A stretch of DNA of 52,612 nt, from assembly GCA_051294375.1 (NCBI GenBank), contig CM119271.1, positions 6,239,905 to 6,292,516 of the forward strand, read 5' to 3'. Of the stretch, positions 13,611 through 26,317 are shown piece by piece. Source of the stretch: Paraspadella gotoi (Eukaryota > Animalia > Chaetognatha). A program made the position numbers and the translations under genes. The first letter of the stretch is position 1. Each line of letters opens with the position of its first letter. Below the pieces are notes generated by a model, which was given only the letters and a program-made list of their open reading frames with translations, made no database searches and was not told the origin of the DNA.

Positions 13611-13834
13611 TATAGCGGTTGTGCTGGCGCCATATCGTTAACAAAGAATGGCCGTTGTGTTGTAGAGTGACGTTGACCTGTAGAAAGAGCGGCGTTCTCG
13701 TTGGCGTTGGCCCGCGGCGTTCGTGACGTCGGCGTTGGCGTTGGCGTAGGCAGCGGCAGCAGTCGGCCAATCACGTTGACGAAACCTCCGATTCTCTCGG
13801 TTGTCGATAAAAGTCAGCGGCGGCGGCGGCGGCA

Positions 13835-13879
<45 letters not shown>

Positions 13880-14746
13880 AATTTCTCTGGAGATTCGATG
13901 GGAGGAATGAAGGAAATGAAAATGAAGAAAAAGGAAAATGAAGAAGTGAAATGAAACGAGAGAAAAGAAATGAATAAGAAGGAAATGGGAGGAAAAAAAA
14001 GGGAGAAAACGTGAAAGGAGTTGGAAAAATGAAAAATATATAGATCACATCTCTTGACAGATTATTGCAATTTATTTTTACTATTTTTACTATTTCTGGC
14101 AAGTTTATGGATTCGATGAATTAAAATTGATTGCGAGTCAAAGAATCCGAGAGCAGATAACTAAAAATTAATATTTTAAAAAACAAAAAAACGCAGGATC
14201 GAAATGACGAAATAATAAATATCCAAATTCCAAAATACATTGCAAGGCATAAACTTTATTTAAATTTATTTAAAACGAAAACTTTGTTCACACTCGCTCG
14301 ATCATTCTGCGCTATTTTGCGAAGAATTTTTTCGCTGTTGTTTCCAGCCCTATTAAAACTTTCTTTCGAGATATAAAACTTTCTTACACGCGCGAATAAT
14401 TTTGAAAACAAAATTTGCGAGGAGAAAAAGAGAGGGAGACGTTGATCGAGAAGGAGACGATGAAAACGACGAAGTTAAAAAAAAACGACGACGATGACGA
14501 ATAAACGATGACGACGACGACGACGACGACAGAGTCTGCGATGACATTGATGAAGATCGCGTCAACTTGGTTGACATCTAAAACGATGACAATGAAGGTG
14601 GTCGAAAACGACGACGATAAAGACGATGAAGTCGTGGACGAAAGCGAAGACGAAAACCACGACGTGAAAATTTACATAAATTTTATTTAAATAAAGAAAA
14701 AATATGAGGAAGATTTATAGTATTATACAGTTAAAACAGTGGGTAA

Positions 14747-15066
14747 AAATATTGTGGGACTTTATTTATAGGGACACCAGGTAAACTGGGAGTTTATAAA
14801 TTAAAATGTTGCGGCCTCCTGGTATGTTATTATTTTGAACGAGGAATGGAGAGTCTCACCCCGGATAGCCTGTCCATTGGACAAAGTCAGGAGGAAAGAT
14901 ATATTTAACGAATGTATGATTTCTATGTTGGTTGCGTCAATTTTTTAAACTATAACATTGTTGTAAACCTTTCTTTTCGTTGTGTTTGGTATTTCGGAAA
15001 TCAACGCTGATGAAGACTCTAAATAAAGAGTCGAAACAAGTACGACTTTAAAATTGTCAAAATAAA
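14747..15066 (+). mobile_element. Putative degraded Penelope-like element fragment (GIY-YIG-like motif, hammerhead core, AATAAA)
   Basis: The frame from 14747 reads KYCGTLFIGTPGKLGVYKLKCCG...SIGQS, resembling the GVYxIxC...YIGQT motif of PLE endonucleases. The hammerhead core lies ~120 nt downstream on the same strand, with AATAAA at 15061-15066. Confidence 0.4.
15002..15045 (+). ncRNA. Hammerhead ribozyme-like core (minimal Penelope-type, probably degenerate)
   Basis: CTGATGA (15007-15013), one extra A, perfect 6-bp stem II GACTCT/AGAGTC around loop AAATAA, then GAAAC (15033-15037) and AAGTA. Stem I and stem III pairing is imperfect. Confidence 0.5.
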
Positions 15067-15312
15067 TCGTTGTTGATGTAATAATAAAAACTGTTTTTTC
15101 CTAAACTAAAACATTTATTCCCCGATGATGACGATGACTAAGACATCGACGATGATGAGGATGATGACGATGATGACGATGATGACGATGATGACGATGA
15201 TGACGATGACCAAGACATTGACGACGATGACGATGATTTTGACTACGAAGACCGAGAATTCGCTCATTCATATTCGGTTCGTGAACGAGATTCTGGACAG
15301 GTCCGTCATATA

Positions 15313-15381
<69 letters not shown>

Positions 15382-15645
15382 GTCTCCCACTCTTTCGCCG
15401 TTCGCTCACTATCTTTCACCGTCTTTCACAGAGAAAGTCTGAAATTATTAAATATCATTAAAATTAAACTGAAATTCATTCTAAGTCTAAGATTATTCTA
15501 GAGTCTTTCTTTAACTTTAAGTATTTAATGATTACGAGGCGACGTTTCGTTTTGTAGAATTTTCACGTTTATTGAGAAATCTGGGCTTTATTTTCCCAGA
15601 GCGCCCCATTTCATCTTAAATTCCAATTAATTTTTATTTTTTAAA

Positions 15646-15810
15646 GGTTAGGTAAAGGTAAGGGTTTGGGAATAGGTTGTGGATTAGGTTTAGGGATTAG
15701 GGTGAAGTTTAAGATTAGATGTTAGGTTTAAAGATTAGCGATTAAGGTTGTGGATTAGGTTTCGGGATCAAGGATTAGGTTATGATTTTGCCAAAAGATT
15801 AGGGTGAAGG
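15646..15810 (+). repeat. Degenerate interstitial telomere-like (TTAGG/TTAGGG) tract
   Basis: Repeated GGTTAGG, GGATTAGG and TTTAGGG units; a related tract lies on the opposite strand at 25300-25350. Confidence 0.6.
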
Positions 15811-17721
15811 AACAGAAATGAGCCGAAAACTACCGGACTTGTGTTTCTTCTTTGGCTTGGCCTTCGAACAATGATTTTTTTTTTCATTTTTAGCCGCTAA
15901 ACTAAATTGCATTATCTCTTCCTCTGAATATAAAACCAAAGTATCATCCTTCACTTCAAACAGATTAAAAAATATAATTTTTTTTGCGACGTGAAATTTC
16001 AAACCGGAAATCAATAACGGGTACAACGAGAGAGGTGGTGAATGTCAAGAGAAAATTGTGAATGAATGGTNNNNNNNNNNNNNNNNNNNNNNNNNNNNNN
16101 NNNNNNNNNNNNNNNNNNNNNNNNNNNNNNNNNNNNNNNNNNNNNNNNNNNNNNNNNNNNNNNNNNNNNNNNNNNNNNNNNNNNNNNNNNNNNNNNNNNN
16201 NNNNNNNNNNNNNNNNNNNNNNNNNNTCCTTTCCCCTTTTCCAACCCGTTTTCACTCATTACTTTCCCGGGTTCTGCTCGGCTTCCGCTTTATCCATTAT
16301 TCTCGATCCAGTTTAGCAACTCCACACTGCACAGTTCACACTCTACCCTTTATACAGTCCACATCCCACACTTAACGCTCCACAGCTTACAACCAACCTC
16401 CGCCCACCCGTTTCTCCTATTCTCATCTGATCGAATTTTTCCCCCGTCTTCAACCGCGATGTTCTGTTGTTTTAAAGTATGAGACCGGATGTGATGTATG
16501 GAATTGTCTCGCATCCTTAATCATTCTTTAGTCTTCACTTTAAGTTCGCCTCCTCCTCCTCCTCCTTCTCCTCCTCCTCCCTATTTTCTCTCCGTTCCTC
16601 CTCATAATTGTCTGGCGAATGGGTCAAGGAAAAAGGGAAGCCACCAGGCTCGTATCCCAGGCCTGCCTGGTCTGTTCTGGCGTTTCCGTTTCCATATTCC
16701 GCGTGTTGCTTGTGGCGCTGAGAGACGACGACGAAGAAAGGAAAAGAGGGGAGTGGAAGGTGGTTGTGGAAAGGGGTTGTGAGGGGAAAGTCGTTGGAAA
16801 GGGTTGTGGAAGGAAGTTTTTGTCGGAATAGGGGTTGTGGAAGGTAAAGAGGAAGTATAGGAAAATTAAAAGAGAAGTAGGAGAGAGGGAGAGAGAATAA
16901 AAGTGGTTGTGGAAAAAGAGTTGGGAAGGAAAAATGATGAGTTGTAGAGGAAAAGGGTGGTGAGCAGGATAAGTTGTGTTGTGGGGATACAGGTGGAGGT
17001 AAAGGTGTTGAAGGTTGGTGGAGTGGAAGTGGTGTGTGAAAATAGATGTTAGTGGAAAGGAATGGAGTGAGTATGTGAAATGGGGCGTCATGTGGTTTGT
17101 GAACGGCACATTGGATTGTGGGAAAGAGGTGTAATGGTGTTTGGTAGTGTGTTAGTGGAATGGTTGGATAAAAGGATTTAGGAAACGTCGGCTGATAGTG
17201 GTTAGTGGATGAAAAAAAAAGTTTGGAAATAGGTGGGCGGGGTTGTGGAGGGGAAAATAAATCTCGAGAATGGCGCGGAGAGAAAGAAGGAAGGAAAGGA
17301 CGAATGAAGAATCCAGTAGCGGGGCAGAGAGACCCGAAAATGCGACTGATCGTATTCGGCACTCAAATTCGGAATGTCGCGGCGAACTCGAGATACTAGT
17401 AGTAGTTAGTCAAAGGTATTGATAAATGCATAGGTTTAAATACACAAACAGGTAAAGAAACTATTTTTGATACTGGTCCCAGTAGTTTGAAATGTAATTA
17501 AACATTTTGTCACTAAACCCTTAAAATGGAAATCATTGATAAAAATATATTCTTAAAAACCCTGATCCGGCGAATTGTGATTCGCGTTCGTGATTGTGAT
17601 TTTTCGACGCATGACGCTTACGAAATTCAGAATATTTTTATTTTCTTTTTACAAAATTCATTTTGGTCACGATTCGTCGCGCATCTTGACGCCGCGTCTC
17701 ATCTGACGTTTATTCCAAAGA

Positions 17722-17761
<40 letters not shown>

Positions 17762-18338
17762 CTGAGTTTCCCGCTTTTCCTCGAAGAGGGCGTTTCGTGG
17801 CTGTAGAGATTGTGCCCCCCACTGTGTGTCGCCCGGTCGCTTGTTTTTTTCCTCTCTCCCTCTCTCTGTCACTTTCATTTCTTCTCCTCTCTCTCTCTCT
17901 CTTCTCTCTCCTCTCTCATCTCTCATTCTTCTCGATCTCTCTCATCTCCTTCCTCTCTCTCTCCATCTCAGCATCACTCTCTCTCTCTCATTTCTCTGTA
18001 AGTTTCGGCTCATTTCTCTTCAAGTCTGTCTCTCATTTTCTCCGATTTCTCGTAATTTCTGTCTTCTCTATTAATAATATATATATTTTATATTCATGAA
18101 TATTACTGACTTAACTTTTCGTTGCGTTTGAGATTAGAATCTAATTTCATTTTCAAAGAAGAAAATGTTTCGGTTGATGAAGGCTAACAAATTGTCTTTT
18201 ATTTTTTGCGAGTCTTCATCAAAATTTTTTTCATTTGATTTCAATATATTATTAAATTGGTACAACCAATTATATATTATATATAATACGTGTCGCCATC
18301 TAGCCCTCTCTCTTTTTTTTTCTCCTCTCGATTCACCC

Positions 18339-18515
18339 GGCAAGCGACGTCGCTTGCCCCCGGGCGCAGCATTCCACGTCGACTTCCGGTGAAAAACAGA
18401 CGCTATCGCTGCGTGCGGGCGACGTCTTGAAAAACGAGACAGTACGAATGGAAAGGGAGGCGGCGGCGGCGGCGGCGGCGGCGGCCGAGTGAGAAGGAAA
18501 AACAGCATGGTGAGT
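18339..18515 (+). promoter_or_regulatory. Candidate promoter and first exon (ATG-only coding part) of a plus-strand transcript
   Basis: GC-rich patch with a perfect 20-bp palindrome (18339-18358), ETS site ACTTCCGGT (18382-18390) and a (GGC)n leader, then AACAGCATG|GTGAGT (ATG 18507-18509, donor 18510). No downstream exons were identified. Confidence 0.3.
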
Positions 18516-19042
18516 TCTCTGGTTAAAATGTGGAGTATGTCGAGAGTAGAAGGCTGCTGCGGGGTTTGAGTCTAAAAAATTAAAAAGTTTTAAAATTTTT
18601 CTGACTTCTTAGTTTTTTTTTCCCAGTCTATTTGGTATCGTGATTTTTTTGTTTTTTTATTCTTTTTTTTTTTGTCGCCCATGAATTTAACTATACTTAC
18701 TCTGGAAAACGGAAATATATGTTAAGAATAAAAACCTTTTTACAGTGCAAAAAATGAGAAACAATTTGTTTGTTTTCTAAAAACACTTAACAATAACTGA
18801 AAGGTAATTTAAAAGATCTACTTTAACGGTTTTATGTAAATATGTATATCTCGAATCATGGGTGAATGTAATGAGAGAATAGTTCTACTAAAGATTTTTA
18901 TTTTTTTTTTATTTTTCACAAAAAAAGAAGCGTTTTCCTCCCTGCCTCGGAGGACGGAATACGAAATGCCTCACAAGAGGCGACGCGCGTGAGAATAACG
19001 GGAAATTCACAACAAATTTTCCCGCGTGAGACGTATCGAATT

Positions 19043-19081
<39 letters not shown>

Positions 19082-20329
19082 TTTTTTTTCATCTTTAAAT
19101 TTTTTTTCTCCAGCATTTCAGATATATCCAAGCAGAAATGAGAGTAAAAAATTTTTAAAACAGTAAACTAGCTCTCTCCAGCCATCTCTCTCTCGCCTCT
19201 CTCTCCCCTCTCATTCCGTCCTCTCTCATCTCTCTCTCTCCTCCCTCTCTCCTCTCTCTCTCTCTCTTCCCTCGTCTCCTCTCACTCTCTCTCTCTCCAT
19301 TCTCTCCCCTCTCTCCTCTCCCTCCTCTCATTCTCTCCTCTCCCTCTTCATCTCCTCCTCTCAACTCGTCTCTCTTCCTATCTCTCTCTCTCTCAGTTCT
19401 CTCCTCCCTCACACCTTCTCCGTGTCACGTCGTCTCACTCTCTCTCTCCGATCTCATTCTCTCTTTCTCTCTCTCCTCTCTCCTGACTCTCTCGTCACTT
19501 AGTCAGTAACGACCACCACAACTTAATTTCGCGTCTTTTTTCAAAACTTGCACGATTGGTCTTGCTTTTTAATCGTTCGTTACGCTTGACGTTGACGTTC
19601 GGTTTTGCTGCTCTTCTCGCTCCTCTCTTTCCATTATCACTTCCCTCTCTGTCTTCTCATTCTCTCCTCCCTGTCAACTCCGGCTCTCTCTCTCTCGTCG
19701 CTCCTCGTCTCCTCTTTCTCCTCTCTCTCCTCCTCTTCTTCTCTCCCTATCTCTCCAGTATCCGTCTCCCTCTGTCCTCTTTCCTCTCTTCTCTCTCCTC
19801 TCTCCCTTCCTCTCTTTCTCTCCTCTCCCCTCTCTCTTTCTCTCTTTCTCTCCTTTTTCTCTCCTTTCCTCTCCGCTCTTTTTCTCGTCTCTCTCCTCTC
19901 TCTCTCCTCTCTCTCACGTCCTCTCCTCTCTCCTCCTGCATCTCCCCTCCCTCCTATCTCTCTGCTCTCTCTCGTCCTCCCTCTCCCTCACTCTCTCTCC
20001 CCTCGATCTCCTCCTCTTCTCTCTCTCTCTCCTCTCTCTCCCTCTCTCTCTCCTCTCTCTCTCTCTGCCCGCCTCTCTCCTCTTCTGCTCTCTCTCTTCC
20101 TCNNNNNNNNNNNNNNNNNNNNNNNNNACTTTTCCACGGACTTTCTCTTCGTGTACCCAAATGAATTCGTCATTGAAGAAACCTAGGCGGATGAAAAAGT
20201 ATAAAAAACAAATACTAACCGAAAAAAAAAGCAATAAAAGGCGAAAAAAAAAATAAATACGTGTTTTATAATAATATAAAAGGAAAGAAAATCGAAGATC
20301 GGAGAAGAAAGAAAGGCGATAAAATTGGG

Positions 20330-20370
<41 letters not shown>

Positions 20371-23300
20371 AGAAAGGCACGGATAAAGAAATAAAAAAGG
20401 ATTCGGGCTTCAGTTTTCTCCTTTTATCTCGGGTTTTATCCCTTTTTTTTCCCTTTTTTTTTTGCGGCTCCGACGATTTTTCCTCTTCTTTCCCTCTCGT
20501 GTCTCTTCTTAAAGTCGGCGGACCTCCCTTACTCTTTCCATAGTCCTTACCTTTTTACCCCATTTTTTTTTCTTCGCTGCACAGGGCACACCTGACCCTA
20601 TCCGATCTCCTCTCCGCTCCAGCAGAGCCTCATCACCCTCGCGGGCAATAGGCATAGCCAGCCATAGGCTCCGCAGGAGCGATAGAATCTTCTCTCATTC
20701 CTGGGTGTCGCGTCGCGCGAATCCATTTTATATCTTTAAACACGTGATTAGATATTCATAACATAGATAATATAAATATATTTATCAGAAATCTATAAAA
20801 CAAATGTACATAACTTATCTGTAAAGTATCAACGAAGGAAGTATACTACTAGTAGGCTACTGGTCCATTTCCTGCGATGTTATTAATTATGGTAAAATAA
20901 TTAATTCGGATTATTTTCTAAATTATTTTGTTCTTAAGCGATCACAAGATGAGAGAAAATATTCAATTATAGATCAAAAACTATCAGTTGCCTTTAAAAT
21001 GACCTAGAAATATAAAATACCTTAATATTATATAATTCATGCAAATTTTAAATATAAATAGGCCAGACAGACCTACCAAAAAGTGACTTGTAGAATCGTT
21101 AGGTGAGTGCAAGATACAGAAACCTTAAGCTGATTGTCTTGAGGAGCAATCCATTTTCTCTTTCCAGCTCACCGTCGTTACTTTCCCTCCTTCGGCGTTT
21201 AACAACCCTCGCGTGTTGACTCTCTCTNNNNNNNNNNNNNNNNNNNNNNNNNNNNNNNNNNNNNNNNNNNNNNNNNNNNNNNNNNNNNNNNNNNNNNNNN
21301 NNNNNNNNNNNNNNNNNNNNNNNNNNNNNNNNNNNNNNNNNNNNNNNNNNNNNNNNNNNNNNNNNNNNNNNNNNNNNNNNNNNNNNNNNNNNNNNNNNNN
21401 NNNNNNNNNNNNNNNNNNNNNNNNNNNNNNNNNNNNNNNNNNNNNNNNNNNNNNNNNNNNNNNNNNNNNNNNNNNNNNNNNNNNNNNNNNNNNNNNNNNN
21501 NNNNNNNNNNNNNNNNNNNNNNNNNNNNNNNNNNNNNNNNNNNNNNNNNNNNNNNNNNNNNNNNNNNNNNNNNNNNNNNNNNNNNNNNNNNNNNNNNNNN
21601 NNNNNNNNNNNNNNNNNNNNNNNNNNNNNNNNNNNNNTCCCGTTACTTCTTTCAAGTCTGACCTCAAAAAGCCCATAAAAAGTGTGGATGGTCGTCGTCG
21701 TCGTCGTCATTGCATCGGATTCCGGTATTTATAACTTCCGAGAGGTGATACTTTTTTTGTTTGAACCTCGCCATTTATAATCATACATATCAAAACTATC
21801 AAATGTTTTCTCTTACGGCTAATGCTTGAAAGTATAATAATTATATACAAAAATTATAACCAAGTAAAAGACATTATTTCACATGGTGAGCCTCATAAAC
21901 GGCAGAAAAATTTTGCTTCACTTTGCAAATAATAAACTACTTATTGTTGAAAAAACTGAAAAATTTGTATTCGGTTTAACGACCTCCTTCTAAAAATCCT
22001 ATAATAATAAAAATAGGAAAAATCTAACTTGATTTTTTTTTATATTTGATGTGGTTTATAAATGACGGGAAAGCCTTTGCGTTTTTCGATTCCACGTGTC
22101 TTGCTTCTCCGATATCTTAACTTTTTACTCGACTTGTATTGGAAAAAGAATTCGTTGCTGCTATATTTTTTTGTGTCTTTCTTTTCTACTTGTTTCACTT
22201 AAAGTTTACTTAAACGCCTTTTGGTAAAACACTTTTATAAATATATAATGTATATGTATATATGTATATGTATGTATGTTTATACGTATATTATACATAT
22301 AATATTTATTTTCAGTACCACCCTACATCCATAACCGGGTCTTTCGTTTCATAGGCAATGCATGCTGGGTCGACGCTTAAGCCTTGACAAATCTTGAATG
22401 ATTATTTTATTTTATTTTATTTTTTTACAATCAGAAATCAATGAGGTTCAGGTAAAAAAAAAATCACATTTCCGAGAAATCACGTTTCCTTCGAATCACC
22501 TTTTCACTTTTCCCATTTTCCTCTTCTTAGAGTCCCAGGAGTTTTCTTCTTCTTTTTTTTTTGGTTCCATCACTCTGAGACTTGGGTCGTCCTCACAGAA
22601 CATTCACACTTTCATTTTATTTTACCGATTTTCTTTTTTAGGTGGAAACGGAGATTAAAGAGATCGAAAGTGTGACACAACCTCTCANNNNNNNNNNNNN
22701 NNNNNNNNNNNNNNNNNNNNNNNNNNNNNNNNNNNNNNNNNNNNNNNNNNNNNNNNNNNNNNNNNNNNNNNNNNNNNNNNNNNNNNNNNNNNNNNNNNNN
22801 NNNNNNNNNNNNNNNNNNNNNNNNNNNNNNNNNNNNNNNNNNNNNNNNNNNNNNNNNNNNNNNNNNNNNNNNNNNNNNNNNNNNNNNNNNNNNNNNNNNN
22901 NNNNNNNNNNNNNNNNNNNNNNNNNNNNNNNNNNNNNNNNNNNNNNNNNNNNNNNNNNNNNNNNNNNNNNNNNCTCTCTCTCTCTCTCGACTGACAAATT
23001 TGGAGCTCCTTCATCACACTTAGATTCTATTTTCGTGGGAACCGCAAGATCTTGGATATTCATTTTTCCCCGGCCCTCGTGATTCTTCTTAATCAGACGC
23101 TCCAACCTCGGCTGATATATAACCAATTCAAATTAGTGTTTGGAAGAAGAATGAATTACTGCATTCATACTTAAATTTAATTTGCATTCTGCGATAAAAT
23201 CGACGCGCGCGTCTTTTCAGCGACATTTTTTGTTTGATTCCGCTTAAACCTAAAATGCTAACAGCGTTGTTACAAGGGACAATCGTATTATTTGGAACAG

Positions 23301-24035
23301 CTGCTATATTTCAATAGATGATACGTAGGTACTAGTTACTATATATTTGCAAGTTACGCATGACCTTATTTTCATATTTATGTTAAAAGCAGAAATTCTT
23401 TGTAATGTGATGTGATGTAATGTCGAGCTTCGTCGTTTACGTCGGTTCAGGCAAAAACTTTTTAAAAGCAATCAAAGCTTCATTTTATTGTACAAAGAGA
23501 CATGGTTTCTAATTCTTGTGCTCATTTTGTCGTTTACATGTCTAGTATTTGTGGTTTCCACTTGGATCGATTAGTTTATTGCAATTTTTTAATTCTTAAT
23601 GAAAAAAAAATTACTCTTTGAATTCTATTATTGATTCAAAATACTTATTATCTATATAATATAATATAATATATTATATTATATTATATTATATTATATA
23701 ATATATATAAATAATATAATATCGTTATAATGTAGAGTGTTTCAAATACTAAACGGATGCTTGGGTAGCATCTTCAGCCCTCGTCTCCCTTCATTAGACC
23801 CAAGACTTAAATATTCGTCATTATTTACTTCACCGAAGACCTTCACGCCGCCGAGAGTCCGGGTACATTCGCACGCTCTCAAGTGTGCGCGCGCACACTC
23901 CCACACCCTCTCACACTCGCGGGTCAAACAAGGACGCGTGCGGTGGAGCGGGAAATGCGATGCGCCTCCTTTCGCCAGACGAGGACTTCACTCACGTGAC
24001 CGAACAACAAAGCGTGAACTGGAGAGTGAGCGTGA

Positions 24036-24070
<35 letters not shown>

Positions 24071-25140
24071 AAGAGATGGGAGCGTAAAATGCGCGATTCA
24101 AATGGAAAATGTAAATCGAAAAGGGAGAGAGACAAAAGAGCGAGAGAGAGAGAGTGTGTGAAAAAAAGGCGAGGAGGTAAAAAATATATATTCAAAGCAG
24201 AAGGAACCGCTTCCTCTCATTGTTGACTTATTTTAATATCTTCTTCTTGATTATTTAAAGAAAACTGATTTTTATTTATATTTGCAATTTCATAAAGCCT
24301 TTGAAAAGTCGTGATTTTCTCCACAAATACAAAAAATCATTAAAAATTGTTCGTATCTTCCTTATGGCAAGCAACGACCAAAAACAATTCACAGTGAAAT
24401 GGCAAAAGATATTGATATAACTAACATTTTTTTTTCATTTAGCTCGAACAGAAAATGATGTGAGCAAAAAGAAAAAACCGAGCATATAATAACAGTGGGA
24501 CAGAGATTGACAAAAAAAGTGGCCAAGGGTATGAAGATGGAAAAGAGGAGGGAGAAGCAGAGAGAGAGGAGAGAGAGAGGAGAGAGAGAGAGAGAGAGAG
24601 GAAAGAGAGAAGAGAGAGGAGAGAGAGAGAAGAGAGGAGAGACGAGAGAAGAGAGAGAGAGAGAGAGAGAGAAGCGGCGAAGGGCGCGCGACAGGAGCCG
24701 GCATCAGCCCCTGTTGGGTGAATCCGTGATTGATGCGAAGTCTCAGTCAAAAACCAATTTCTTTTTTCTTTTTTCCCACAAAGGGGAATTTCTTGATAAA
24801 AACGCTTTTCAGTTTTTTTTTTCCAACGACAGATGAAGCGACCAAAATCCCCCCGCCTCTCGAGACGTCGTTTATTCACAAACTGTATGTATCGCGCTCT
24901 CTATTCTCTCGTCTCTCTCTCCTCTTTTTTATTCCTCTCTCTCCTCCTCTCCTCTCCCCCTCCTCTAGTCCGGTCGTCCTTAACCTCACTTTTTTCATCG
25001 GGATCGGGTCTCTTCCCTCACCTAAACCTCATGCTCGTTTCGGCCGCTTTCGACATATTGCGAAACTGTACTCCACTCTCACCCAGCAGCCGAACCTTTC
25101 CCTCCCCCGCATCTCTGCTCCGCTCGTCTTCTCTTCCTCT

Positions 25141-25182
<42 letters not shown>

Positions 25183-26253
25183 TCCTCTCTTCATTGTCTT
25201 CAGAGCAAGTGCGCTGGCTTTACCTTTGATGAACGCGTGCACACGCCCTTAAAAACGTGAACCAAATAATATACCCATCTCCACCAAATACAATCTATTC
25301 CCTAACAAATCGCCTAACCCAATTCCTATCCTAACCTAATCCCTAAACCCCATTAATTAAATTAAAAACTAAAACAAAACGCATTGAAAAACTATGTCCC
25401 GAAAATGGCGATGAAGCGCTTCGCGGCCAAACTCATTCACCCCACCAATCAGCGGAAATCGCAGGCGGCCAGACCCGAACAACCGAACCCGTTCATTAAT
25501 CTTCATCCATTACTTTCTCCCAGCGGCCTCACCTATCCCGCTCCCCCGGTACAACCTCGCCGATCGCTTGTTCGTTATTTCTCATCAAATCGAACAGACT
25601 TCTATTTAATTACTTGATCTCCTCTTNNNNNNNNNNNNNNNNNNNNNNNNNNNNNNNNNNNNNNNNNNNNNNNNNNNNNNNNNNNNNNNNNNNNNNNNNN
25701 NNNNNNNNNNNNNNNNNNNNNNNNNNNNNNNNNNNNNNNNNNNNNNNNNNNNNNNNNNNNNNNNNNNNNNNNNNNNNNNNNNNNNNNNNNNNNNNNNNNN
25801 NNNNNNNNNNNNNNNNNNNNNNNNNNNNNNNNNNNNNNNNNNNNNNNNNNNNNNNNNNNNNNNNNNNNNNNNNNNNNNNNNNNNNNNNNNNNNNNNNNNN
25901 NNNNNNNNNNNNNNNNNNNNNNNNNNNNNNNNNNNNNNNNNNNNNNNNNNNNNNNNNNNNNNNNNNNNNNNNNNNNNNNNNNNNNNNNNNNNNNNNNNNN
26001 NNNNNNNNNNNNNNNNNNNNNNNNNNNNNNNNNNNNNNNNNNNNNNNNNNNCGTCATATTAATTATTATCATAAGTATAGTTATAATTATTTATATGTCG
26101 AATTTCAAGCATTTCTAATCCGGTTTGTAATTTTTTTTTCAACTTTGGCAGTTTGATCTATGTATCTATGTATCTCTGTATCTATGTAGCTTGCGTTGAA
26201 TAGCATTGATTAAGAAAAATTACTGTAACCTTTAAAAATTTAAATGTAATTAT

Positions 26254-26317
26254 TGAGGCGACTTACCACCGGTCTCTCTCTCTAAACCCTTCCTATCTCC
26301 GGTGGTAAGTCGCCTCA
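26254..26317. repeat. Perfect 19-bp inverted repeat (64-nt hairpin)
   Basis: TGAGGCGACTTACCACCGG (26254-26272) and CCGGTGGTAAGTCGCCTCA (26299-26317) flank a 26-nt pyrimidine-rich spacer containing CTAAACCCT. Confidence 0.9.

Noticed and set aside
13579-13680. Minus-strand acceptor followed by VNVTLQHNGHSLLTIW, resembling Ig D-E strands
   Set aside because: No DxGxYxC motif or good donor follows, and the frame runs into the 51-bp minisatellite and stops.
16535-17362. 275-aa Pro/His/Phe-rich ORF
   Set aside because: Strand-biased low-complexity tract with a recurring GGTTGTGGAA motif, possibly noisy fill; no domain motif.
17370-17400. Helitron 3' end (GC-rich stretch then CTAG-T)
   Set aside because: The hairpin is too weak and no 5' end or second copy is visible.
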